In this document: positions 11,650 through 24,700 of the stretch, one piece after another | Position numbering within the stretch: the first letter of the stretch is position 1 | Layout of the letters: the number at the start of each line of letters is the position of its first letter | Assembly (NCBI GenBank): GCA_038087875.1 | Contig: CM075999.1 | Location: forward strand, 1,552,001 to 1,616,000 | Length of the DNA stretch: 64,000 bases | Direction: 5' to 3' | Source of the DNA: Malacoraja senta | Taxonomy: Eukaryota | Translations under genes and position numbers: made by a program | The notes under the pieces: model-generated | What the model saw: the letters and a program-made list of their open reading frames with translations, nothing else | Database searches by the model: none | What the model was told of the DNA's origin: nothing

Positions 11650-12241
11650 CAAGAGTCAAGAGACACTATTGGTCTCATCAGTCGCCTCAGAACCTATGGA
11701 AGTGGAATGGACGCAATTTATCCTCAAACTCAGGGATGTACAGTATCCAAGACACTTTAGAAACCTAGACCATCTACAGTGGAATGAACGAATGAATACT
11801 TTATTGTCACATGTGACAAGTCACAGTGAAATTCTTTGCGTGCGTACCCAAGGTATGCAAATAGTCGCCACATAAAGGGCACTTACAAAGCTACAAAGTA
11901 TCCGTGTCAGGTCCCCCTTTGTTCATTCCCTCGGCCACGGCGCCCTCACTTCCACATGGTTCATCCTCGTCCGTCGGTCGGTGCCGCATCGACTTCTCCA
12001 CTATTGCCGCCGGGTCCTCTCCGGGCGCCTCCGTAACAATGACCCAGGCCCCAGACGTAGGTTCCAATGACCAAGGGGTCGGCCCCGGACTCCGACCCGT
12101 GAGGCGCCGGCCTCGGCTTCTCTGCGGCTTGCCGGGAGGTGTCTGCTGGAGACCTCAAGCGCACCAACTTCAGCGTGGCTCTAATCATTGTGACTCTGAT
12201 TACATTCACCTGGCTCTCAATAGCAGGGTATTTCAAATAGC

Positions 12242-13047
12242 TGATACCAGACCCATGAACTTAACACTGAACGCTAACACTGCAAGACATCACCAGGTGG
12301 GTAGGGGACAAGATTCAACTGGAATGGAAACTAGTCATCCTCGACCCCAAGGGACAGTCTAAGAAGGGGAGCAATGCCACCGAATGCCAGATTGAATATT
12401 TGTAGCATTTGGCTTCAGAATAAGTGGCATGGTGTACCATCTGGTGGTCATTTTGGCAAAGTGCAAATCTGAAACAAGGAAAAACAACAACAGTAAAAAT
12501 GTTTTTTTCCCCTCTTACTTGGATAAGGAGGATTGTAAACTTATAACTAAAGTGCAATCCAAAATTTGGTAGAGTTGTGGTCAAGACAAACAAATTACAG
12601 AAAAGTCACATTCACTTCAGTTCATTGAAGTGAATGTTCAGCTTGTAGAAATGTTAATTTCCAAGGGAAACTGGCTTGAACTCTGCTAATATTTGTTCTA
12701 CCTTTTCAAAACCTAAGAGCATACATTTAAGCCCCTGTCCCACGATGCAAGTTCACCCAAGAGCTCTCCCGAGTAAAAAAAATAAATCAAACTCGTGGTA
12801 CTTCATCACAAGTTTTTTTTTTACTCTTGGAGATTTGTCACACTGTTGAAAAAGCTTCACGAGTTTCCGCGTTTCCCGAGTACCTGCCTTTAGCATTACG
12901 AGCCGCTACGAGACGTCCACGAGCTCCGACGTACCCGCTACGTACATTCTACGTACTTACCATGAGTTTGATTTTTTAATTTAACTCGGGAGAGCTCTTG
13001 GGTAAACTCGCAAAGTGGGACAGGGCCTTAATAAGAGCAAGAGTAGA
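12242..13047. repeat. Direct repeat block X, copy A (806 bp, contains a Harbinger-type MITE)
   Basis: TGATACCAGACCC...CAAGAGTAGA recurs nearly identically at 20941-21724 and 26525-27330. Confidence 0.95.
12730..13028. mobile_element. PIF/Harbinger-type MITE within block X copy A
   Basis: AGCCCCTGTCCCAC...GTGGGACAGGGCCT; TTA/TAA flanks. Confidence 0.85.
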
Positions 13048-14458
13048 TCTTTTTTTTTTTTTTTATTAATATTTTTATTAGAAGCAATCATATTATAAAG
13101 TATAGTAACATATTATAATAGAAAAAAAAACTTTTCATATACATCAATCATACATTATTAAAAATGTCAATTGTCGATTAATTCTGCTTCTAGTGTTTAA
13201 AAAAATATATAGATAGAAAAAGAGAGGTAGAAAGAAAAAAGCATTACAAATATCAAAAAAAAAAAAAGAGGTGGAATGAGTTACTTATAATACGTCATTG
13301 GAGATAAGTTCGTAGGTTATGAAATATAATTTTACATCTAATCCTGAGTTCAAGCTTCAGTTGGGTTTTCGTGCTGGGCCCATCTATCCCTTCAAATAGT
13401 TAATGAATGGAGCCCATATTTTAACAAAAAGTTCTTGTTTGTCCATTAAGAAAAGTCTAATTCTTTCTAGATGTAGGGTCTCCGACATTTCCACAATCCA
13501 CATTTTAATTGTGGGGGTTATAGGACCTTTCCAAAATTTTCATATTAATTTTTTCCCAGTTATTATACTGTAGTCAAGGAAGTTTCTTTGGCTTGTTGTG
13601 AGTGTTAAACTTTGTTCTGATATCCCAAGTATTATTAATTTTGAGTCTGGATCCAATTTAGTATTAACAACTTCAGAAATTATTTCAAAAATATCAATCC
13701 AGAAATTTTTGATTTTTATACAATTTGCAAAAGTATGTGTTAAATTGGCCTCTAGATGTAGGCATTTATCACAGATAGGAAAAATATGTGGGAAGATTCT
13801 ATTTAGTTTTGTTTTGGAATAATGTAATCTATGTAAGACTTTAAATTGTATTAAAGCATGTCTGGCATTTAACGAGCATTGATGTATATGTTGTAAATTT
13901 TCGTCCCAAATGTCTTTCGTTATAGAATGACCTAACTCATTTTCCCATGTGTGTCTATATAGTTCCATCGGTGGTACCTCATTGTTTAAGAGGGTGTTAT
14001 AAATATAAGCTATTAATTTTTCAGTTAGGATGCTATTCAAACATTCATCAAGAATTTCTGGTTCCCTAGTCCTATATACTTGTGTATTAGATTTAACATA
14101 ATCTCTAATTTGTAGATATCTGAAAAAATTATTTGAGTGTAGTCCATGATTCTGTTGTAACTCTTGAAATGACAGAAAGATGCCTTCCCTATAAAGATGT
14201 CCAATCTTTTTAATTCCATAATTTTTCCATTGTATAAAACCTCTATCCAATATGGATGGCTTGAATAAAGGATTATTTACAATGGGGAAGACATAGTGGT
14301 ATATTATTCAGTTTTAAAGCTTTTTAAAATTGTTTCCAAATTCATATTCCACTATGTATTATAGGGTTTTCCTTATAGGTTTTTTTATGCAATTTTGTGG
14401 GAGCAAATATAATCGAACCAATTTCAAAAGGTAAACAGTCTTCCTTTTCCATCCTTAA

Positions 14459-17290
14459 GTGAAACATGGTTGCAGGAGGGCTGTGATTGGCAAATAAATA
14501 TTCCAGGATTTCGTTGCTTCAGGGGTGATAGGATTGGAGGGGCAAGAGGTGGGGGTGTTGCATTGCTTGTCAAGGAAGATATTACAGCAGTGCTTTGGCA
14601 GGATAGATTAGAGGGCTCGTCTAGGGAGGCTATTTGGGTGGAACTGAGAAATGGGAAAGGTGTAGCAACACTTATAGGGGTGTATTATAGACCGCCAAAT
14701 GGGGAGCGAGAATTGGAAGAGCAAATGCGTAAGGAGATAGCAGATATTAGTAGTAAGCACATGGTAGTGATTGTGGGAGATTTCAATTTTCCACACATAG
14801 ACTGGGAAACACATTCTGTAAAAGGGCTGGATGGTTTGGAGTTTGTAAAATGTGTGCAAGATAGTTTTTTGCAGCAATACATAGAGGTACCTACTAGAGA
14901 AGGGGCAGTGCTGGACCTCCTGTTAGGAAATGAGACAGGGCAGGTGGCGGAGGTATGCGTCGGGGAGCACTTCGGGTCCAGTGATCACAATACCATTAGT
15001 TTCAATATAATTATGGAGAGGGTCAGAACTGGACCTAGGGTTGAGATTTTTGATTGGAGAAAGGCTAACTTTGAGGAGATGCGAAAGGATTTAAAAGGAG
15101 TGAATTGGGACATGTTGTTTTATGGGAAGGATGTAGAAGAAAAATGGAGGACATTTAAGGGTGAAATTTTAAGAGTACAGAATCTTTATGTCACTGTTCG
15201 GTTGAAAGGAAATAGTAAAAAAAAGGATAGAGCCATGGTTTTCAAGGGAAATTGGACACTTGGTTCGGAAAAAGAGAGAGATCTACAATAATTATAGGCA
15301 GCATGGAGTAAATGAGGTGCTTGAGGAGTATAAAGAATGTAAAAAGAATATTAAGAAAGAAATTAGAAAAGCTAAAAGAAGATATGAGGTTGCTTTGGCA
15401 AGTAAGGTGAAAGTAAATCCAAATGGTTTCTACAGCTATATTAATAGCAAAAGGATAACAAGGAATAAAATTGGTCCATTAGAGAGTCAGAGTAGACAGC
15501 TATCTGCTGAGCCAAAAGAGATGGGGGAGATATTGAACAATATCTTTTCTTCGGTATTCACCAAGGAGAAGGATATGGAATTATGTGAGGTAAGGGAAAC
15601 AAGCAGAGTAGCAATGGAAACTGTGAGATTCAAAGAAGAGAAGATGCGGTCACTTTTGAAAAATATGAAAACGGATAAGTCTCCAGGTCCTGACAGGATA
15701 TTCCCTAGGACATTGAGGGAAGTTAGTGTAGAAATAGCAGGGGCTATGACAGAAATATTTCAAATGTCATTAGAAACGGGAATAGTGCCGGAGGATTGGC
15801 GTACTGCGCATGTTGTTCCATTGTTTAAAAAGGGTTCGAAGAGTAAACCTAGCAATTATAGACCTGTTAGTTTGACGTCAGTGGTGGGCAAATTAATGGA
15901 AAGGATACTTAAAGATAATATATATAAGCATCTGGATAAGCAGGGTCTGATTAGGAACAGTCAACATGGATTTGTGCCTGGAAGGTCATGCTTGACTAAT
16001 CTTCTTGAATTTTTCGAAGATGTTACTAGGGAAATTGATGAGGGTAAAGCAGTGGATGTTGTCTATATGGACTTCAGTAAGGCCTTTGACAAGGTTCCTC
16101 ATGGAAGGTTGGTTAAGAAGATTCAATTGTTGGGTATTAATGGTGGAGTAGCAAGATGGATTCAACAGTGGCTGAATGGGAGATGCCAGAGAGTAATGGT
16201 GGATGGCTGTTTGTCAGGTTGGAGGCCGGTGACTAGTGGGGTGCCTCAGGGGTCTGTGTTGGGTCCACTGTTGTTTGTCATGTACATCAATGATCTGGAT
16301 GATGGTGTGGAAAATTGGATTAGTAAGTATGCAGATGATACTAAGATAGGTGGTGTTGTGGATAATGAAGTAGATTTTCAAAGTCTACAGAGAGATTTAG
16401 GCCATTTGGAAGAGTGGGCTGAAAGATGGCAGATGGAGTTTAATGCTGACAAATGTGAGGTGCTACATCTCGGCAGGACAAATCAAAATAGGACCTACAT
16501 GGTAAATGGTAGCGAATTGAGGAATGCAGTTGAACAGAGGGATCTAGGAATAACTGTGCATAGTTCCCTGAAGGTGGAATCTCATGTAGATAGGGTGGTA
16601 AAGAAAGCTTTTGGTGTGCTGGCCTTTATAAATCAGAGCATTGAATATAGAAGTTGGGATGTAATGTTAAAATTGTACAAGGCATTCGTGAGGCCAATTC
16701 TGGAGTATGGAGTACAATTTTGGTCGCCTAATTATAGGAAGGATGTCAACAAAATAGAGAGAGTACAGAGGAGATTTACTAGAATGTTGCCTGGGTTTCA
16801 GCAACTAAGTTACAGAGAAAGGTTGAACAAGTTAGGTCTTTATTCTTTGGAGCGCAGAAGGTTAAGAGGGGACTTGATAGAGGTCTTTAAAATTATGAGC
16901 GGGTTAGACAGAGTGGACGTGGATAAGCTTTTCCCATTGAGAGTAGGGAAGATTCAAACAAGGGGACATGACTTGAGAATTAAGGGACAGAAGTTTAGGG
17001 GGAACATTAGGGGGAACTTCTTTAATCAGAGAGTGGTAGTTGTGTGGAATGAGCTTCCAGTGGAAGTGGTGGAGGCAGGTTCGATGTTATCCTTTAAAAA
17101 TAGATTGGATGGGTATATGGACGGGAAAGGAATGGAGGGTTATGGTCTGAGTGCAGGTAGATGGGACTAGGGGGAAGTATTTATTTATATTTAAAAAATT
17201 AAAAAAAATTAAAAAAAATGTTTGGCACGGACTTGAAGGGCCGAGATGGCCTGTTTCTGTGCTGTTATGGTTATATGGTTATATATATGG
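14459..17290 (+). mobile_element. CR1-clade LINE (HER1-like), 5'-truncated, inserted antisense into L1 copy a
   Basis: Empty site visible in L1 copy b (CCATCCTTAACCAATC, ~23124-23139); TTAA at both junctions (14455-58, 17291-94); (ATATGGTT)n-like tail. Confidence 0.95.
14461..17170 (+). pseudogene. CR1 ORF2 (APE endonuclease + RT), N-terminally truncated, one frameshift
   Basis: ETW, YYRPP, GDFNFP, SDHN in 14470-15291; [34 protein letters not shown] (16328-39) in 15260-17170; frameshift in A8 run 15217-15224. Confidence 0.93.
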
Positions 17291-19067
17291 TTAACCAATC
17301 TGGATATTGATCCATTTCTTCCAGCCAGAAATTCATGTTTTTAATATTGGCTGCCCAAAAATAAAATATGACATTTGGCAAAGCCAAACCTCTGTTGCTC
17401 TTTGACTTACATAAATGTTTTTAACTTATTCTATGATTCTTATAATCCCAAATAAAGCTTGTAACAATGGAGTCGACTTTTTTGAAAAAGTTTTTTGGGA
17501 TATATATTGAATATATATATTAATTAATAGGTACAGTAGTTGCGGTAAGAAGATCATTTTTATAGCATTAATTCTACCAAGCATTGAAATGGGAATTGTT
17601 TTCCAGTACTGAATATTCTTGTGTAATTTATTAAGGGTGGAAAATTTAGTTTAAATAAAGAGGTATATGTCTTAGTTACATAGATTCCTAAATATTTAAG
17701 TTTATCTTTAACTATTTTAAAAGGGGATTGTTGCAATGTATTTAAATTGAATTTTGTTATTGGCATGATCTCACTTTTATTCCAGTTAATTCTGTATCCT
17801 GAGAACTGACCAAATTGAGTTATTAAATTTAATAGATTTGGAATACTAGTTTCTAACTTTGTGATATATATTAGTACATCATCTGCATATAAGGACATTT
17901 TATTCCTTGTATCTCTAGTGTTGTACCCGGGTATTCCTGGATGGGTTCTAACGCTTTCTGCTAATGGTTCAATTGCAAGAGCAAATAATAGTGGGGATAG
18001 TGAGCATCCTTGTCTGCAACCTCTAGAAAGATTAAATTTAGCTGATAACATTTGGTTTGTTAATATTCTAGCTGTTGGGTTGGAGTATAACAGTTTAATC
18101 CATGTACAGTACTTCTCTCCTAGTTGAAATTTTTCCATTACCGAAAATAAATATGATCATTCTACCTGGTCAAATGCTTTTTCAGCATCTAATGATATAA
18201 TTGCTAGATCTGCATTAGGAATTCTATTTGTATATATAATATTGAATAGTCTTCTCAAATTATAAAATGAGTAACGTTTTGGAATAAAACCAGTTTGGTC
18301 GGGGTGTATTAATTTGTTAATCACTAAGCTCAATCTATGAGATAGGATTTTGGTTAATATTTTTTGATCAGTATTTAAGAGAGCTCTTGTTCTATATGAA
18401 CCTGGGTCTTCAGGATCCTTATCCGTTTTTGGTATAAGTATGATTGTAGATTCATTTAGAGTTTCTGGGAGTTTCTGTTGAGTATAAACGTATTTGTATA
18501 GTGTCTGTAGGCGTGGAGAAATCAGATCGTAATTTTTTAAAATAAAATTCAGAGCTTAGACCATCAGGACCTGGGGCCTTTCCGTTTTTTAAAGATCTAA
18601 TTGACTCTTCGATGTCTTTTACCGTAATTTCTGCATCTAGTGATTCTCTCTCTTTCTGATCTAAACCTGTAAGGTTACATTTCTGTAGAAATGTTTCCAT
18701 TCCTGCTGATTGTTCTGTCATTTTAGATGAGTACAGTTTTTGATAGTATTGTAAAAATCTATCATTAATATCTTTAGGCAGTGTTAATATTTCTCCCTTG
18801 TCTGATCTAATTTTGTAAATTGTTTCTTCCCCGTCCAGTTTACGAAGTTGACGCGCCATATAGTTTTTGTGGTTTATCACCAAATTCAAAATTTAATTGT
18901 TTTGTATGTTGATATAGTTTTATAACTTGGTCTGAGTATATCTTGTTTAACTTATATTTCAGTACTGCAATTTTATTGTGTTTTGCCATAGATGGTGCTA
19001 TTGCATTTTCTATGTCTAATTGCCTTATTTCCATTTCCAAAGTCTGTTGTTTGGCCCTATTCTCTTT

Positions 19068-19323
19068 TTTTTTTCTTTTTTTGAAAATATTTTTTATTGG
19101 AAATAAGTACATAACCTATTAACATCATTACAGTCTTACATTTTTAAATTGATAATATTATCAATTATTATTACATTGTCTCCAATACCTTTTGCCTTTT
19201 AATTTTTTTTTTAACTAGATAGAACTAAAGAGATAGATGAAGTAAAGAAAGAAAAGAAAGAGAAGAAAAAGAGAGAAAAAAAACAACAACAAAAAAACAA
19301 AAAAAAACAACAAAAAAAATAAA
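19068..19323 (-). mobile_element. Short polyadenylated insert (probably the 3' UTR of another L1 family) inside L1 copy a
   Basis: Absent from copy b; starts with a T-tract, AATAAA on minus strand near 19092; AT-rich like L1 3' UTRs; no TSD seen. Confidence 0.7.
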
Positions 19324-20940
19324 AAATGATTGCGAAGAGATTAATGCTCCTCGCACAAATGCTTTAAATGTTTCCCAAAGAAGGGAGGCAGAGATTCCAG
19401 GGCTATCATTAGCCTCAAAAAACATATTAATCTGTTTTACGAGATATTCATTACATAGTTTTTATTTTAAGATTTGGGGGTTAAGTCTCCATTGTGACTG
19501 TGTCTCGGCCATTCCATTTAGTTTAATCATAAATGTTAGTGGAGCATGGTCTGATATTATAATATTATGATATTGCGAGTTATAGGTAAATGGGATAAGT
19601 TTAGAGTCTACTAAGAAGTAGCCTATCCTTGAGTATGTTTTATGCACTGGTGAGTAAAATGAGTATTCTCGACCAGATGGATTTTCAATTCTCCAAACAT
19701 CCTTAATGTTGGTAGTATTAATATATGAATTTAGAAATTCACTTGACTGAGATTTTAATTTTCTTTGAGTTGATGATCTATCCAAGTAAACATCCAGTGT
19801 ACAATTTAAGTCTCCACCGATAATTAAGTTATGTTGTGTACATTCCGGGATAGTGTTAAGTATTCTCTTAAAAAACAGGGGGCTATCAGAATTTGGTCCA
19901 TACACATTAAGGAGAGTCACTTTTTTTGAATATAACTCCCCTACTAATACAATATATCTGCCTTCAATATCTTCTATCGTTGATGTTTAAAGGGTATACC
20001 TTTACGAATTAATATTGCAACCCCTCTAGATTTATGTGAGAATGAAGAGTGATACGCTTTAGCAATCCATTTTGTTTTCAATCTATGTTGTGCTTCCTTT
20101 TTAAGATGTGTTTCCTGGAGAAATATTATATCTGCTTTAAGTGATTTTAAATGAGCTAATACTTTACCTCTCTTGATTGGTTCATTAATTCCCTTAACAT
20201 TCCAACTACAGAATTTAATTCCTTCACCCCCAATTTTCCTATTAACGTCTTGCATCTTGTGATTAAAGTGGTCTATGTTAGAGCAGATGGCTCAGCACAC
20301 TAAACCCCACCTTATACCCAAACATCAGGTAGATGAATTTTAGGTCCCGTCGGTTTTCCATCCGGACATATCTCCCTAAATAAAATATATAATTCCATTC
20401 CAAATACAAAATATAATATAACATAAGATAAAAAAGATTTTTTAAAGTTGCATTAATAACGAGTAAAGAGTAGAAAAAGAAGAAAACTACAACTATGGTT
20501 AGTGCAGTTAGTGATAGCCACCCTAGTGTGGCTAAGCATCTAAGGACTTCCGTAGCTTTTGGTAAAAAAAATAATATTACTAGCTCCGTACTTTCCTCAA
20601 AAGGAAAGTTTCAATTACAATGAAAACAATTTATGGGGGGGAGGGAAACAATAGTTATATTCCATAATTGAAATAATTATTAGTCTCCAATTGAAATGTT
20701 AGTTGTAAATTTAAAAAAAAAAAACATTGTTAAAGAGTAAAATCAAAAATATGAAAGAAAAAACTTCCTAAATTTTTATTAATAAATTACCTGAATCACA
20801 CTATACTTATATTTCATACTTTTAATTAATTCAGAGTTGATCCAGTTAACAATAATTAGTATTGATTAGTATTCATAATTAGTAATAGTTGTTAGAAATT
20901 AGTACTAAAATGTAAATATTATATATCAGTAGCAATCTAA

Positions 20941-21724
20941 TGATACCAGACCCATGAACTTAACACTGAACGCTAACACTGCAAGACATCACCAGGTGGG
21001 TAGGGGACAAGATTCAACTGGAATGGAAACTAGTCATCCTCGACCCCAAGGGACAGTCTAAGAAGGGGAGCAATGCCATCGAATGCCAGATTGAATATTT
21101 GAAGCATTTGGCTTCAGAATAAGTGGCATGGTGTACCATCTGGTGGTCATTTTGGCAAAGTACAAATCTGAAACAAGGAAAAACAACAACAGTAAAAATG
21201 TTTTTTTCCCCTCTTACTTGGATAAGGAGGAGTGTAAACCTATAACTAAAGTGCAATCCAAAATTTGGTAGAGTTGTGGTCAAGACAAACAAATTACAGA
21301 AAAGTTACATTCACTTCAGCTTGTAGAAATGTTAATTTCCAAGGGAAACTGGCTTGAACTCTGCTAATATTTGTTCTACCTTTTCAAAATCTAAGAGCAT
21401 ACATTTAAGCCCCTGTCCCACGATGCAAGTTCACCCAAGAGCTCTCCCGAGTAAAAAAAATAAATCAAACTCGTGGTACTTCATCACGAGTTTTTTTTTA
21501 CTCTTGGAGATTTTTCACACTGTTGAAAAAGCTTCACGAGTTTCCGCGTTTCCCGAGTACCTGCCTTTAGCATTACGAGCCGCTACGAGACGTCCACGAG
21601 CTCCGACGTACCCGCTACGTACATTCTACGTACTTACCATGAGTTTGATTATTTTTTTTTACTCGGGAGAGCTCTTGGGTAAACTCGCAAAGTGGGACAG
21701 GGCCTTAATAGGAGCAAGAGTAGA
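20941..21724. repeat. Direct repeat block X, copy B (784 bp, 21-bp internal deletion)
   Basis: Colinear with copies A and C; lacks TTCATTGAAGTGAATGTTCAG. Confidence 0.95.
21408..21705. mobile_element. Same MITE within block X copy B
   Basis: Same flanks as copy A (duplicated with the block). Confidence 0.85.
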
Positions 21725-24700
21725 TCTTTTTTTTTTTTTTGGATTAATATTTTTATTAGAAGCAAACATATTATAAAGTATAGTAACATATTATAATAGA
21801 AAAAAAAACTTTTCATATACATCAATCATACATTATTAAAAATGTCAATTGTCGATTAATTCTGCTTCTAGTGTTTAAAAAAATATATAGATAGAAAAAG
21901 AGAGGTGGAAAGAAAAAAGCATTACAAATATCAAAAAAAAAGAAGAGGTGGAATGAGTTACTTATAATACGTCATTGGAGATAAGTTCGTAGGTTATGAA
22001 ATATAATTTTACATCTAATCCTGAGTTCAAGCTTCAGTTGGGTTTTCGTGCTGGGCCCATCTATCCCTTCAAATAGTTAATGAATGGAGCCCATATTTTA
22101 ACAAAAAGTTCTTGTTTGTCCATTAAGACAAGTCTAATTCTTTCTAGATGTAGGGTCTCCGACATTTCCACAATCCACATTTTAATTGTGGGGGTTATAG
22201 GACCTTTCCAAAATTTTCATATTAATTTTTTCCCAGTTATTATACTGTAGTCAAGGAAGTTTCTTTGGCTTGTTGTGAGTGTTAAACATTGTTCTGATAT
22301 CCCAAGTATTATTAATTTTGAGTCTGGATCCAATTTAGTATTAACAACTTCAGAAATTATTTCAAAAATATCATTCCAGAAATTTTTGATTTTTATACAA
22401 TTTGCAAAAGTATGTGTTAAATTGGCCTCTAGATGTAGGCATTTATCACAGATAGGAAAAATATGTGGGAAGATTCTATTTAGTTTTGTTTTGGAGTAAT
22501 GTAATCTATGTAAGACTTTAAATTGTATTAAAGCATGTCTGGCATTTAATGAGCATTGATGTATATGTTGTAAACTTTCGTCCCAAATGTCTTTCGTTAT
22601 AGAATGACCTAACTCATTTTCCCATGTGTGTCTATATAGTTCCATCGGTGGTACCTCATTGTTTAAGAGGGTGTTATAAATATAAGCTATTAATTTTTCA
22701 GTTAGGATGCTATTCAAACATTCATCAAGAATTTCTGGTTCCTAGTCCTATATACTTGTGTATTAGATTTAACATAATCTCTAATTTGTAGATATCTGAA
22801 AAAATTATTTGAGTGTAGTCCATGATTCTGTTGTAACTCTTGAAATGACAGAAAGATGCCTTCCCTATAAAGATGTCCAATCTTTTTAATTCCATAATTT
22901 TTCCATTGTATAAAACCTCTATCCAATATGCATGGCTTGAATAAAGGATTATTTACAATGGGAAGACATAGTGGTATATTATTCAGTTTTAAAGCTTTTT
23001 TTAATTGTTTCCAAATTCGTATTCCACTATGTATTATAGGGTTTTCCTTATAGGTTTTTTAATGCAATTTTGTGGGAGCAAATATAATCGAACCAATTTA
23101 AAAAGGTAAACAGTCTTCCTTTTCCATCCTTAACCAATCTGGATATTGATCCATTTCTTCCAGCCAGAAATTCATGTTTTTAATATGGACTGCCCAAAAA
23201 TAAAATAAGAAATTTGGCAAAGCCAAACCTCCGTTGCTCTTTGACTTACATAAATGTTTTTTACTTATTCTATGATTCTTATAATCCCAAATAAAGCTTG
23301 TAACAATGGAGTCGACTTTTTTGAAAAAGTTTTTTGGGATATATATCGGAATTAATTGAAATAGGTACAGTAGTTGCGGTAAGAAGATCATTTTTATAGC
23401 ATTAATTCTACCAAGCATTGAAATGGGAATTGTTTTCCAGTACTGAATATTCTTGTGTCATTTATTAAGTTAGGGTGGAAAATTTAGTTTAAATAAAGAG
23501 GTATATGTCTTAGTTACATAGATTCCTAAATATTTAAGTTTATCTTTAACTATTTTAAAAGGGGATTGTTGCAATGTATTTAAATTGAATTTTGTTATTG
23601 GCATGATCTCACTTTTATTCCAGTTAATTCTATATCCTGAGAACTGACCAAATTGAGTTATTAAATTTAATAGATTTGGAATACTAGTTTCTAACTTTGT
23701 GATATATATTAGTACATCATCTGCATATAAGGAAATGTTATTCCTTGTATCTCTAGTGTTGTACCCGTGTATTCCTGGATGGGTTCTAACGCTTTCTGCT
23801 AATGGTTCAATTGCAAGAGCAAATAATAGTGGGGATAGTGAGCATCCTTGTCTGCAACCTCTAGAAAGATTAAATTTAGCTGATAACATTTGGTTTGTTA
23901 ATATTCTAGCTGTTGGGTTGGAGTATAACAGTTTAATCCATGTACAGCACTTCTCTCCTAGTTGAAATTTTTCCATTACCGAAAATAAATATGACCATTC
24001 TACCTGGTCAAATGCTTTTTCAGCATCTAACGATATAATTGCTAGATCTGCATTAGGAATTCTATTTGTATATATAATATTGAATAGTCTTCTCAAATTA
24101 TAAAATGAGTAACGTTTTGGAATAAAACCAGTTTGGTCGGGGTGTATTAATTTGTTAATCACTAAGCTCAATCTATGAGATAGGATTTTGGTTAATATTT
24201 TTTGATCAGTATTTAAGAGAGCTATTGCTCTATATGAACCTGGGTCTTCAGGATCCTTATCTGTTTTTGGTATAAGTATGATTGTAGATTAATTTAGAGT
24301 TTCTGGGAGTTTCTGTTGAGTGTAAGCGTATTTGTATAGTGTCTGTAGGCGTGGAGAAATCAGATCGTAATTTTTTAAAATAAAATTCAGAGCTTAGACC
24401 ATCAGGACCTGGGGCCTTTCCGTTTTTTAAAGATCTAATTGACTCTTTGATGTCTTTTACCGTAATTTCTGCATCCAGTGATTCTCTCTCTTTCTGATTT
24501 AAACCTGTGAGGTTACATTTCTGTAGAAATGTTTCCATTCCTGCTGATTGTTCTGTCGTTTTAGATGAGTACAGTATTTGATAGTATTGTAAAAATCTAT
24601 CATTAATATCTTTAGGCAGTGTTAATATTTCTCCCTTGTCTGATCTAATTTTGTAAATTGTTTTTTCCCCGTCCAGTTTACGAAGTTGACGCGCCATATA

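Larger units (their letters stand above)
13384..20255 (-). pseudogene. L1 ORF2 (endonuclease/reverse transcriptase), disrupted
   Basis: ORF-track pieces 19974-20255, 19462-19920, 18452-18889, 17560-18138, 13540-14250; frameshifts, premature TGA at 13540-42, two insertions. Confidence 0.92.
13048..20940 (-). mobile_element. L1-clade LINE copy a: 5'-truncated (no ORF1), interrupted by a CR1 and an L1-like 3'-UTR fragment
   Basis: Poly-T at ~13050-13064 (polyA on minus strand); ORF2 fragments with APE endonuclease (SWNVKG, LQETH, GGDLN, SDH), RT (QGCSLSP, YADD) and CCHC motif (CDKC..HTFANC); ~690 bp of AT-rich sequence upstream of the ORF2 ATG. Confidence 0.95.

Noticed and set aside
11904..12362. 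152-aa GC-rich ORF
   Set aside because: Antisense read of a GC-rich repeat running into block X; no domain recognised
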